Source of the DNA: Tricharina praecox
Lineage: Eukaryota
DNA: 60,286 nt
Assembly: GCF_024521635.1 (NCBI RefSeq)
Contig: NW_026250459.1
Span: forward strand, 1-60,286
Direction: 5' to 3'
Shown here one piece after another: positions 38,712 to 50,996 of the stretch (position 1 is the first letter of the stretch; each line of letters starts with the position of its first letter). Under the pieces are notes generated by a model that saw only the letters and a list, made by a program, of their open reading frames with translations, did not search any database and was not told the DNA's origin. The translations under genes were made by a program, and so were the position numbers.

Positions 38712-39267
38712 ACGTTGACTGGACTCTAGTTTCTGGTCGGTATGTACAGTTTCAGCTAACTAAATATGAACGTTCGCTAGTCCGCCCCTTGTTAATAGCT
38801 CGAGCCCGAGAAAATATATGATAGAGCGTTGGGTAACAGCCCACTTCGGTCCTATCGCCTAAATTGGTGCTGGGGCGGTATCAAAAGATACCCGCTCTTT
38901 GCAGGTAGGCGGAGATTTCGAGCCGGCAGATGCACTGTAGGTGAGGAATTTCATATTTGGTATCACTCGACGCGCCGAACGTCCTACATACGATGAGGAG
39001 AAACCGATGTTTGCGGAAACGAAACGGAAAATATGTTTGCCGGTGGCACGTCCTAAAAAGTGCCAGCAACTTTTGGTAAGACCAATCAAGAACTCCAGCC
39101 AAATCATAAATGAAGTCCTTCCGGTTGATCGAGATTGACCATCAAGACATACACAAAAGAAGTACAAGGTTGCTTATCTACATACAGAAACCTCACTATT
39201 TCCAAGTAGATCGGAGTGACCGACAATAGTGTTATTTGAAAAGTTGCACGAGCTTCCCATCATCAAT

Positions 39268-42200
39268 TTATCTACCAATCATTGCTTCCAACGCGGTCTG
39301 TCCCATGTTGTCCTTCACATCTCTGTCGGCACCACGTTCGATGAGAAGGCTGAAGACAGCCCGGTGGCCATTTACTGCGGCCAAATGCAGTGATGTACAG
39401 CCGCTAACATCCCTTGCGTCCTTTTCGACACCATTTTCGAGTAGAAGGCGGACGATACCCTGGTGGCCATTTGTCGCTGCCCAGTGGAGTGCTGTACGGC
39501 CGTTGTCATCCTTCGCCTCCTTGTCGATACCGATTTCGAGTAGAAGCCGGACGATAGTCTCGTGGCCATTCGCTGCCGCCCAATGTAGTGCTGTACGGCG
39601 GGAACTATCTCTTGCGTCCTTGTCGACACCACTTCCGAGCAAAAGCCGAGCGATACCGTCGTCACCCTTCGCTGCAGCCCAACGCAGCGCCGTTCGTCCT
39701 GTTTTATCCTTTGCATCCTTGTTCGCACCATGTCCAATTAGAACCCGAGCGACAGCCTCATGGCCATTTCTCACCGCAACATGTAACGCTGTCTGATCAC
39801 CACCATCCCTCACGTCCTTATCGACACCATTTTCGAGTAGAAGACGGGCAAAAGCATCGTGGCCATTTACTGCTGCCCAATACAGTGCTGTCCGGCCGGC
39901 GGTATCCGTTGCGTTCTTGTGGACACCTTCTTCGAGTAGAAGACTACCGGTAGTCTCGTGGCCATTTGCTGATGCCCATTGGAGTGCTGTACGGCCACCG
40001 CCATCCTTTGCTTCTTTTTCGACACCATTTTTGAACAGAAACCGAACGACAGTCTCGTGACCATTCGCTGCCGCCCAATGAAGTGCTGTCCGGCCGTTGC
40101 CATCCTTCGCCTCCTTGTCGATACCGATTTTGAGTAGAAGCCGGACAATAGTCTCATGGCCATTCGATGCCGCCCAATGAAGTGCTGTCCGGCGGTTACC
40201 ATCCTTCGCCTCCTTGTCGACACCGATGTCGAGTAGAAACCGAACGACAGCCTCGCGGCCCTCCTCCGCTGCCCGGTGCAGGGCTATCCGACCATCGCCG
40301 TCTTGCGCCTCCTTATTGGCACCATTGTCGATTAGAACCCGAGCGATAACCTCATGGCCATATCCAGCAGCCAGATGTAGCGCTGTTGCTCCCGCACTGT
40401 TCTTCGCTTCACTGTCGACACCACACCCGAGTAGACTTTTCATGGTCGTTGAATCGCCGCCTCGTATGCCAGCTAAGTGCACTGCACAGTTTCCATCCCT
40501 ATCTCCGAGTTTAATGTCGGCGCTTTCCAACAATCTCTCAACAGCTTCATTTCGGCCCGCAATGACTGCCAGATGTAAAGGTGTTCTTCCGTAGTCGTCT
40601 TCTGCGTTGATGGATGCGTCCCGTCGTAGAAGTTGATTCAAAATCTCCACATGTCCATGGTAGGCTACCCAATGCAGCGGTGTCTGTCGCAAGCGGTCCT
40701 GCATCGCTTCTTTTGCTCCGGCATTAAACAACCTTCTGATGATGTCGGCATTACCGGACCGTGCTGCGCAATGTAACGGTCCTGACCCATCTCTACCTCG
40801 TACCTCCATATCCGCCCTCCACCCCAGAAGTTGAGACACTGCGTGTTCATTTTGGTTGTCGGCGGCCCAGTGCAATGGGGTAAAATCGGTGATGTCGATC
40901 GGATCCTTATCGGGGAAATTACTCAGAAATGATTCCGCGTGAGGACCATCGTGGTAAACACTAGTACCCGCAGAATAATAATGAAGGATTGAACAATCGA
41001 AAATGTCTTTCGTGCCCGTTTCCAGTCTTTTGTCGTACGAAAAACCGTCCACCACTCGGTCGACTATGTCTCGGATTTTCCTGGAGGATTCAACAAACCA
41101 TCGTACGGGACGGCGTGGGTCGGTCGGCTGTGGTTCGAACGTACGCCGCATATCCAGTAACACATCTTGGAGGCTTGGGCGCTTCTGAAGCTCGTAAACC
41201 TCGAGCAGATCGGTGACAATGCTTCTATCGAGGGATTTCAATTCTGCAACGATCTTCCTTTCAAGTATCTCCAAAATTTCAACAGCACTACCTTGTCGCA
41301 ATTGCTGTTTTGACAAACATAAGTCCGTCATGACAGAACGAAGGAATTCCATCAGAATCGCAGCCCCCTTATGGAATAGCGGATGCTCGGGCCCGAATGG
41401 TTTGCAGACCTCCCAAAGACTGAAATACAATTCTTCCACCTTGCTCCATTGCCCCGAAGCCTCAGGATTCCTTGTTTCGTGTCGCACCAGATCGATAATC
41501 TGCAGCGGTTCCGGAAGTTTGTCGTTGACACTTAGCGGCGGAATCAGCAGCATGTAGGCCTCTTCGGTGGTTGCCAGTCCTGCGATTTGAACCTCTTGAG
41601 CCATCTTTTGTAGAAGAGAATTCTTCAAACGAAACGATTTCCACGAAATGTCGCCTGCGCCGATGGCGGATACTGCTCTTGCAGTGGTCAGTCCCTGGAT
41701 AGGGCCTTTCAGATGTCGTGCGACTGCCCATATGAACGACGAAAAGAACTCTTGGGCATACACAAGCTCGATCGGACCGTTCGACGTCGAAGCAAGCTGG
41801 TAAGCCTTTCCACGGGGATCTTGTTGAAGATTACTGAGATCGCCTGCAAGCCGATATCGCAAGTTGTAAAAGGAATTCTCAGTTGAGCCAGGGGCAGGGT
41901 CTGATTCTAACTGGGCTCCCAACGCATAATCCTTAGGTATCTTGATTAAAGGGGATTTGAGAACACCAGTCGTACCAGTGTTTCTGTCGCTTGTGGTATC
42001 GTTAACGTCTTCTGTCGCAGCAGTCTCGTTGGTATCAAGAACGATGACACTACTAGCTGCGCTGCCGCCCCACCATATCAAGTCTCGATGGGTGGGGAAG
42101 TCGTCAGGACCCAAAAAGCGTAAACTCTTCCTCGTCCCCGCGCGGCCGTGCCGTAACCAGTCCTTCTCCGTGTCCCGATTCCCACGGCTCCGTATCCAAG

Positions 42201-44193
42201 AGTTTTGGGCCTCTGTGAATAGGCGTAGAGATAGTGCAGCCTCAATTTCGGAGGTGCTGACCGTCCATCGGTTGGTGTCATCGTCCCATTTTAGGCTGAA
42301 GAAGACCTTTTGTGTGATGCTTTCTGACGTTCCGGGTACCACCACTTGGGCATTGATCGGGAATCGGAAGCCTTGGGGCAGTTTCTGTAGGTAAAGTGTG
42401 TTCATTACCGCCTCGATTGCTGTGGCAACTGAAATCGCTGCTTCGGAAGCGCGGCCCGTCCACTTGCTGAGCTGCCCTAATCGCTCTCGGATTGAATGTG
42501 CTCTTGATGCTAGGTCGTGACCCGGCTCCGTAGCCTTGGCCTCCTCCTCCGCACTCTCCTTCTCTACCCCCTCCTCCCCTTCCTTCTTATTATCGTTATT
42601 CTTATCCCAATCGCCACCTGTGACGGTCCAAGTTGGAGCCGAACACAATACGCCCACTCCCGAGTGAAAATTATCCCGCGGGATCGACCAAAGCGATTCC
42701 CCTCTTGCCGCAAGTTCAAGAGCGAGCCAATCCATCTCATAGCCATCGAGAACCCATTGTGCATCGGGGCGGCCAGCTAAATCTCGACGCAACCAGATTC
42801 TCACACACGTCATTATCGCAGTCCCAACGAACTGTGCCATGGTCGCAGACCAGTGCATCAATCGCAAGCCTGAGAAACTTAGTGTAAATCCGACGATGGT
42901 AGTGACCGCTCCGATGATGGCCAGTTTCTGGTGTGGTCCGCTGAGTTCCACCATCGAGTCGCCGGACTGCTGTGGAGTCCTTCCGTGACTGCCCATATTC
43001 TCGTCTCGTCGTGACGTCAGGATACAATCGCGAAGGCCCGGTGCAAAGATTGCGTATGAGTCGAAGGATTGGTCGTTAACAATTTTGCGTTGCTGCAGCC
43101 ACAGAATATGGACCTGTGGTTCCGCCGGAGCCGCCCCTGCCGTCGAAGTACTCTCCTCCGCCTTTGCTTGCCAGGCCTCCTCTTTGGTGCTTTGTTCGAT
43201 GATCCAGGCGCACAGGAACATACCGACTGTTGTTGTGATGATTCCAGCAGCTGCCACTGGATATGCCGAGCCCACAACTGGCGAGCCGTCTTTGCGAAAC
43301 CTAGGGATCCATGGAGGATGGTAGATTGCCATAGCGCAAAAGACGAGCACGCCGAGCTGGAGAGATGCTGCAAACGCCACGAACCATAGCAAGGATTGCT
43401 TTCGCGAATACGGCGGAGGCGCAAGGTTGAGGGATATGTTAGGAGCGGGAGCTCCGTCAGTTCCGTCGAAGCCTTCCAATGGTTGCGAATGCCTCTGGGT
43501 TTCGACATCGCTGGGACGCACGGCATTGCTTGCTGTATGAACAGAAAAATTGAGACGGAAACTTTTGCACTATGCTTAAGGGTTCCCCACCTTTCAACTT
43601 TAACGCTGCATGTTTGGTCTCCCTTTCACTCTCATCGCGCAAGGTGTACAGCCCACATTCCTTCTTGTCCTTCCTCTCCTTGACGTACACCAGTTCCAGA
43701 ATCTGTGGGGATCCCATGACCCGCACGATCGCTTGGCCGTCCCACATCTCGCAGACCTCCAGGCTCGTCGATGACAGGAGTTCCAGTTCGGCCATAGCAC
43801 GGCTTTCCCTTGCTCTACCAACAAGGGCTTTCCAGGAATTCGGTGCTGCCACTCTGATTGCGCTCACTACCGTGGTGATGATGCCAAGCGGAAAGATGGC
43901 GAAGATCACGCAATCGTACCAGGTGATGGTCTGGCTTAGAAACTGCTTGGTAACCTGAGGAATCATAAAATCTACGATTAGTCAAAAGTTGCCCCATTGG
44001 AAAAGATATGAGTCCCAGTAGTTAGTACCTGCTCTCCGAACAATGCTAAAATCGGTGCAAGGTCGGTCAACAGATTGTTCGTAAAGCTGTCCCCGGAATC
44101 ATCGGCCCTCGCCAAGCAGGCATTGATAAAAACGATTACAAGAAAAGCGACTAGGATATTGCCCCGTACTTTCGGTGAATTTATCGATGACAT
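39268..44193 (-). CDS. Signal-peptide, multi-TM protein with C-terminal ankyrin array (~16 repeats); exons 44193-44029, 43954-43591, 43532-39268 (1597 aa)
   Basis: SP followed by DSFTNNLLTDLAPILALFGEQ|VTKQFLS; ~5 TM segments; repeated GRTALHWAAxNGHxxxVRLLLxxG 33-aa units; introns keep the frame. Confidence 0.9.
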
Positions 44194-44877
44194 TCCAGTT
44201 GGTGCTCGGGTTGTCGCTCGGAGGGGCGGGATTCTCGTGTAGTTTTATCCGGGCGGGCGACGCGACACTCGTTTGTGCTGTTGGGAAACACAAACTAACG
44301 GATACTATATGTCTGCTGCAGCAGAAGCAATTGTGCTGTTCTCTCTAGAGTGTGGGACTCTGCATCAGCCAGTGTTTTCGCCGTGCTCTTTGGTGGTGGT
44401 TGGTGTATGCGACATTCCGAAATATGTTATTCGCTCCGCAGGATGGGACAGATTCAGCAGTGAAGTTGCAGGTGTATAGACGGCAACGATATCGCGGGGT
44501 ATTCGCTTGATCCAGGGCTGTGCCAGCAATTCTGCAGAGGTTACAGCCGTACATCGCCGTGCATATGAGACATTCCGACGTTGTGCAAGCCGTATCAAGA
44601 CACGGCCATTGGTTGCGATTGGCACCATAGAAACGACCACACTTGGCACATGAGTGGTTTGGAAATCGGTGGTAATGGGTATTATATAATCAGCCCGGAT
44701 GCTTGAGACCGCCGACAACCAGTAACCAATTGTTCGCGTGCGACTTCACTTTCCCTGCTTTAGTGGCGCGGAGATAGAGCTGATATGGAAAGAGAGTTGA
44801 TGGCCCTTTGTTATTCATCTGATAACCCTACAGATCCACAGCTTTAATGTTCCTTGAATATATGCATTCAAGCCCCG

Positions 44878-46419
44878 CTACCCGTATCCGCGATTTTCCC
44901 AGGGTTGGAACTTGGCAATCGTCTTGTAATACTCCCACCAGTTAAGACCATCCTCCCCCTCCTCCCCTCCTCCCTCCTCCTCCCCCTTCCTCTCCCATGA
45001 ATACAGCACCCTTGTCCTTTGTGGAGTAGTATATTATCGACCCCCGACTGGAGTGAAGCCTGCAGCTTCTCCTGTGCTGGTTGCCCGTCCCAGTGCTCGA
45101 ATATCGGTGCGACAGATTTTCACCACAATTCCTCTTTTTCGATCTCGCCCTTTACGAACTCCAGGTGTTTCAACCTCCTCTCCCTCATATTTATCACCGC
45201 TTCTCGGCCTTGCCTTGGCCAAATATAATTCCGGCTGAAAAGAGAGCTCAGCCGCAATATCTTCGAATTAGCATCATTATCCCCGAGGATAGTGGCACCG
45301 ATCTCCGCCAGGGAAAAGAACCGCCCCATCTCGGTGGAGGATATCCGAACTCGATGGACAGCAGAATTTCGCAGCTGAGGAAGGGCTTTGAGCACGTCGA
45401 GGCCATCCGAAGTTCCGCACCAGGTCGGAATGATCTTTCGAATATACACGTGGAGCTCTGCAGCTTGTGGAATCGTCCAACCCTTTTGCTCGAGGAGGTA
45501 CGTCATGTAGGTACCGATGAAGCCATGGCACGCGTCCTCGAGGAGGGGCCTGGAGCGGTGGGAGGAACATGTGTTGAACGGCGTGGGGAGTAAATCTTCG
45601 TCCGGCGCATGGTGAAGCGGGAAGGTTGCCGATTCTAGTGCGGACGAGGAAGATGGTGAGAAGGCGTAAGATCGTGTGGACCGCGACGCCGGAGGTAGCG
45701 ATTTAGGTAATGCTGATTCTAGGGAATGAGGCTCATAGGGATTTGAGGGGAATAATGGGTGGGTATGAAATGGTATGATCAGCGACGCTGACGGCGCGAA
45801 CACAGGCGGTGCTGATGCGGGGAGAGGCTCATAGAGCCTTTCTTGGTGGTTGTGGGCTCGGTTCAAGGAGGCGGCCGTCCCGCCAGCAGTGACGACGACA
45901 GCCGCGGCAGCTACTGCTCCCTGTGCGTCCCAGGGAGGCCTCTGCGGAAGAGGGTGCACTGTTCGCTCTGGCTTCGGCGCAAGCGCTGGCTTTGGGGCCG
46001 GGATACGAGCGACAACATGAGAGGCCGGTGTGATTTCCGGACACCGCGCAGCAGCCTCATGACACTCCTTCTCCGACACCACTCTGCCAACTGCTTCTCG
46101 CCATTGCTGCTGGTTATATCTCGCGACGAATAGGTGCTCGGGCAAGATCATAACCGTCACATTTGGTTGAAAGTTCAGGCAAGAAAGATGCAAATCCTTT
46201 TTGAGGCCGGTTTCCAGCAACTCTTCGAGCCGATCAAGGACAGTCTGGACGTGCACGACTTCGCCACTGCCGCGCATCCAAATATATCTGTATCTCCTCG
46301 AACTTCGCTGGCAGCCGTGCGCTGCCCACGAACTGGCCGTTTGGTGGACCCGGCGCGAGACATGCGGCGAGGGAGCGGATGTAGTTGTCAAGTTGTGTTG
46401 CAAGGGTTTCTTTCTCCAT
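44878..46419 (-). pseudogene. HEPN-like paralog C, disabled (frameshift near 46290, premature TGA at 45120-45122)
   Basis: MEKETLATQLDNYIRSLAACLAPGPPNGQFVG shifts frame into ...ILPEHLFVARYNQQQWR...LLEDACH...GWTIPQAAELHVY...LRNSAVHR; similarity to paralog A continues past EELW*. Confidence 0.8.
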
Positions 46420-48707
46420 CGCACGAGAACTACCGAGGAAGTAAAGAAAGAAAGAAGGTTCGGATTGCTACAACTTATATTTCCACGACGCGTAGAGGCT
46501 GAGGGGCGGAGCACCACATACAACCGGTTACACTGCATGGTTTTCTTCTCCACTCGCATCCCGGGAAAACGCATGAACGTCACACGCCTCAACGACCGGC
46601 CACGGATCAGGCAACACCAAGATTCACTCGTAGTGAATTTCCGTCGTTGCATAAAACTTCGCCCGCCTCTTGAATAGGTATTGAAAGCGTGTATTAGCTA
46701 TATGGCATTGGGCTTATCTCGACTCACATGTATCAGCCTTGCCTATCGTAGGATCACTTTGGTCGGACACTCCTACCGAACTCCATGCGCGCGTCTATCA
46801 TGAAAGCAATCGGCCGATACTGCCCTAAAATATGTTGCAACAAAAATTCCAATTGTCTCAACCTTTCGTACTATTGAAACCATATTAGATCACTCGGCTG
46901 AGTATTCCCATCGTGATATTTCCACCAGAGTATCTCGGCCGGTCTGCTCTCCCATTATATAGAGCCCAAACACTCTCGAGATTACTCTCGGATAGGGGTC
47001 CGGGACGATTTGCCTTTCGCCCAATATTACACGAGCATCCGCATCGGGGCATGGGTCGTTATGAGTAAACTTTATTGCCCTCAGTGCTCACGGGTTTGGT
47101 ACCTTATATAGTGGTGTAAACCACTGTAAACTTTAAAGTGTTAAATAAGTGGGCTTCCGCTGCAGGGGAGGCAAGCGAGGGTGTGGGTGTTTGGGGATTA
47201 GTGTATCGAAAGGTCTTCCAAGGTCTTCCGACAATTGGTCGAGGTATAGCATAGCAGCAAGGCGAATAACAAATTCATCAATTCTGTGCATAGAGGGATG
47301 ACAGATGAGATATTGCTTCGCCGGGCCCGGAAGATGGTGGAGATCCCGCATAACGGTAACTAACGTGGTCGCAAGCGATGAAACGGCACGTTGACTGTGT
47401 CCTCCAACGCTGCTCCGAGCACTCACCCACGTCCAGTCCCAGCCCGGGCTATCCTCTGTAGAACTTTCAAGCCCGGGTGAGACAGCGTTTACCGTATTGT
47501 CAAGGACTGATGTACTTTCAGTTCCCGCCAGTCTCTAGCAATAAGAAAATCCGGGGTTTTCGTGATGGAAAGAGCATTTTTCTAGTGTTCCCGCCACAGG
47601 CACTGTAAGTTATCTCCGTACAACCATTTATTGATTACCAGTGCCAAAGTTGACACTCGGAGCGGCCACCAACCCTTGTCCAATCTAGGTGTGTCTCGCC
47701 TACGTACCCTGCATTATCAGTCCCCGCGGGCCGCCAGGCCACCTAGCGGGCTGTGGGCCCTAACCCAGGATTGGAGGACGAGCCCGGCCTGCCCTAACGA
47801 ACTAGTGTTGAGAGATCTCCGCGCGAGACTGACCCACACTGCCGGGCCCTAACTACAGGACTGTTGTCTAAACGGACGATCCGAAACCAGAACTCTACTC
47901 TCACCTCCTGTAAACTTCAAGCGGGGAGTCCTCGCCCAAATTCCTTCCGATTTCGCTTCACAGCCATCACTCCGTCTAGGGCCCTGCCACCTCCCTTTTC
48001 TTCCTAATGCTACTGCTGCTGCAGGGCAGCTTTGATTGCCCGCTTTTGGTAGTGATTGTTGTAGATGATCGAGGGGAACGGTGCCGAATGTGTGGAGTGG
48101 TTGTGAGGACCGGTGAAGAATGAGCTTTTTTGAGTGAGGAATCGATGCGGGTATGTACACCTACTAATTGTGAAGCTACACTACGTCGTTTTCATCTAGA
48201 ATCACATGGTTCCCCCGCAATCCTATCTTTGCAGTCTTTGTACTCCGAGATTGGACGGACTATATTACAGTTATTACTGCCGTCGTGGATATTGATAGGA
48301 CGAGAGTAGGGATACACGGTCCGTCCATACGAGACCACCGTCCGGACCGGACTGCCTACCTATGCAGAACACTGGATCTCTCTGTATCAAGTAACTTCTC
48401 GAAAGCTGCCATGCTAAACACTCTTGCCACCGGTACCGTCGCAGCCGCTGTCAACCCCATAACTATGGCCATGGTTCGCAGGTTCCCCGAAGCGAACATG
48501 CATCATCATGCACCCCACAGAGCCGAAATGTTGTGGTCCCGGCGCGGTTTGACATGTCGCGAACGGAAGGTTATTCTCACTTTCCGCCTTTAACCATCGA
48601 TTCCCCAACTCTCTTGCTTTCTTTTTCACGTTCTCTCGACGAGGGGAAATAAGAAGAAGCTGTTTCGCCTTTCGATTTTTCTTTCCCGGCCAGCAGCACA
48701 AGAAACG

Positions 48708-50996
48708 ATGAGTGGTCAACCCAAGAACTTTCGATCCTCGATGGAGAAGGCCAACACAGAACATGCGGAGGTTGTTGATCGGCTCAAGGAGCAGGCGGTA
48801 GGTACTGTTAGGCTATACGATGAAAACAATAATTTGAGACTCATTCCGGTGCCTACTAATGATCCGAATGGTACGTGCTGTCAGTGCTGAGCTGTGCCGT
48901 GTCTTGACAGTGGGCGATGGAGCGTTGCTGATCGTGATTCGTACTGGATAGATCCACTCAATCTCCCCATGTGGAGGAAACATATGATCCTCGCTACCAT
49001 GATTCTTTGTGAGTTCCTCATTCCAGTCATGGACCATGGTTGCCGGTGCGGGCACTGATGGATGCAGATGGTGTCGCTGGATTGGCTGCCGTCGCGAATA
49101 TTGGCAGTATCCTCCCCGTACTGCAGATGCAGTATGGAGATCCAGTCGTAGTCATGGCATTATTGTCTCCTCCGAATCCCGGATCCAACGAGCCCGAAGT
49201 CGTCCGCACTGGAGATCCGGCTACCACCACCGGAGCAGTAGTCAAGCCCGCTCAGCTTCCGTAAATCTCGACATCTCCCTTCTTCCTCGCGCTGGGCCAC
49301 CCGGCGAAACGGCCATGCCCGACCTGCCGCCCGGAATCGATTTTACCAAAGTGCCCGCAGGGGGTTACAGGTCCATTGCCACCATCTCTCTCCTCGGTAG
49401 TCTTCCGTCGCTCTTCATGGGCATATCCAACTTCATTTCTGTCCCGCTCTCCCTGGCCATCGGCCGTCGTGCCCTTCTAGTACTTCTCATGATCATCACC
49501 ACCGTGTCCATGATCTGGGCCGCAGTGTCCAAGGACTTTTGTCATCATCTGGCTGCGCGCTGTGTCATGGGCTTTGGAGCGGGGAGCTTCGAGTCCTTGA
49601 GCTCGCTGGTGTTGTATGATATCTATTTCATCCACCAGAGGGGAAATGTGAGTACCACTTAGGAACCCCAGGCTTAGCGGGACGTCGGTGCTGACGCTCA
49701 TAGGCGATCGGTGCTATGTGGACACTCTCTGCGGCCATCAGTTACCTGTTCGGCGTCATGTCCTCGAAGATCGTCAGCATAGTCGGCTAGAGATGGCTTT
49801 ATGGAATCTTCGGCGTCATATCTGCGTTCGGAATGGTGATGATGGTCGTCTTTGTTCCAGAGACGTGATATGTCCGAGCCATCCAGATAGTCGGTCTGTG
49901 TCCCCCGCTCCTCCTCCTCCCACGACCAAACTGACTCTTGTAGCCGACAATCTCATCGAAACCGACGCTTTCGGCAACGTCCATGTTGTAGGCAAAGTCG
50001 GAGACGCCAACATTAACAATACGACCGGCCCGACAGCGCAGTCGACCTCTCTCGAGTCCGTCGTCGGCGGTTACGAGCCACGCAGCTGGGCAAACGACAT
50101 GAAGTTATTCCGCGGCGCCACGGACTGGAGTCAATGCTGGACCTGCTACCGAAACATGCTCAAAGCGGCGGTTCTGCCCAACATCGCCTGGGTCGTGATC
50201 CTGAATTCGATCTGCATCGCTGTCATGATTAGCTATCTGACGACGTTTTCTCAACCGCTTATGGTGTGGCAGAAGGGTGGCGCATGGGCTGTCGATAACC
50301 TGGGACTATCGACGCTCGCGATGTTACCCGCTTGCTTTTTCTCGTTCATCGCGTCCGGCTGGGATATGGATTGGATCTCGAAGTATATGGCAAAGAGGAA
50401 CGGCGGAATCCACGAAGTATGTACGCACACGCATCCCTCATGAGTCTGCGCTCCTACTAACTCCTCCCGGGACCCGTAGCCCGAGAGTCGTCTCCCCTCC
50501 ATAATCCTCCCCTCAATCTTCACCATCCTCGGCAGTGTCCTGTACGGCGTGTCCAGCGAGCGCACCGACCAATACCACTGGGCGGTCTCGCTTCTCAGCG
50601 CGTTCTTCCTCAACTTCGGGTTCCTCTCATTAAACACCAGCCTTTCTGTCTACGCGGTTGAATGCTACACCCGCTGGGCCGGGTATGCACCTATGCTTCT
50701 TTATCTTTATCCCCCCTCCCCCTTATTCATCCCATATTCCAATATTCCTCCACTAACCAGTGACGTGGGTGAAAACTAGGCCTCTCCTAGTAATAGTCTG
50801 CGCGCTCCGCAACGTCGTGGGCTTCGCGATGAACTTCAAGATCGTCGACTTCATTGCCGCGGGCGGTTACGATGGTGCGTTTGGCATCTTTGCGGGTATC
50901 TTTGCGGGCGTGGCGATGATCGGCGTGCCGGTTTATGTCTGGGGTAAATTACTGAGGAGGTGGTCGGCTGGATGGGTTGGGTTGACCGATCGTTGA
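48708..50996 (+). pseudogene. Multi-intron MFS transporter gene with inactivating lesions
   Basis: RLIPVPTNDPN|DPLNLPMWRK, VPLSLAIGRR, FIHQRG, PESRLP motifs; in-frame TAG at 49788-49790 (G*RW for GWRW), TGA at 49866-49868 (PET*Y), and a frame change near 49200-49264. Confidence 0.8.

Noticed and set aside
39268..44193. Canonical NLR (NACHT/NB-ARC-ankyrin)
   Set aside because: No GxxGxGK[S/T] P-loop seen; the N-terminus is a signal peptide plus TM segments
45120..46652. 510-aa ORF as an intact gene starting at 46652
   Set aside because: Its first ~120 aa are out of frame with the true homologous start at 46419; it is the frameshifted paralog C
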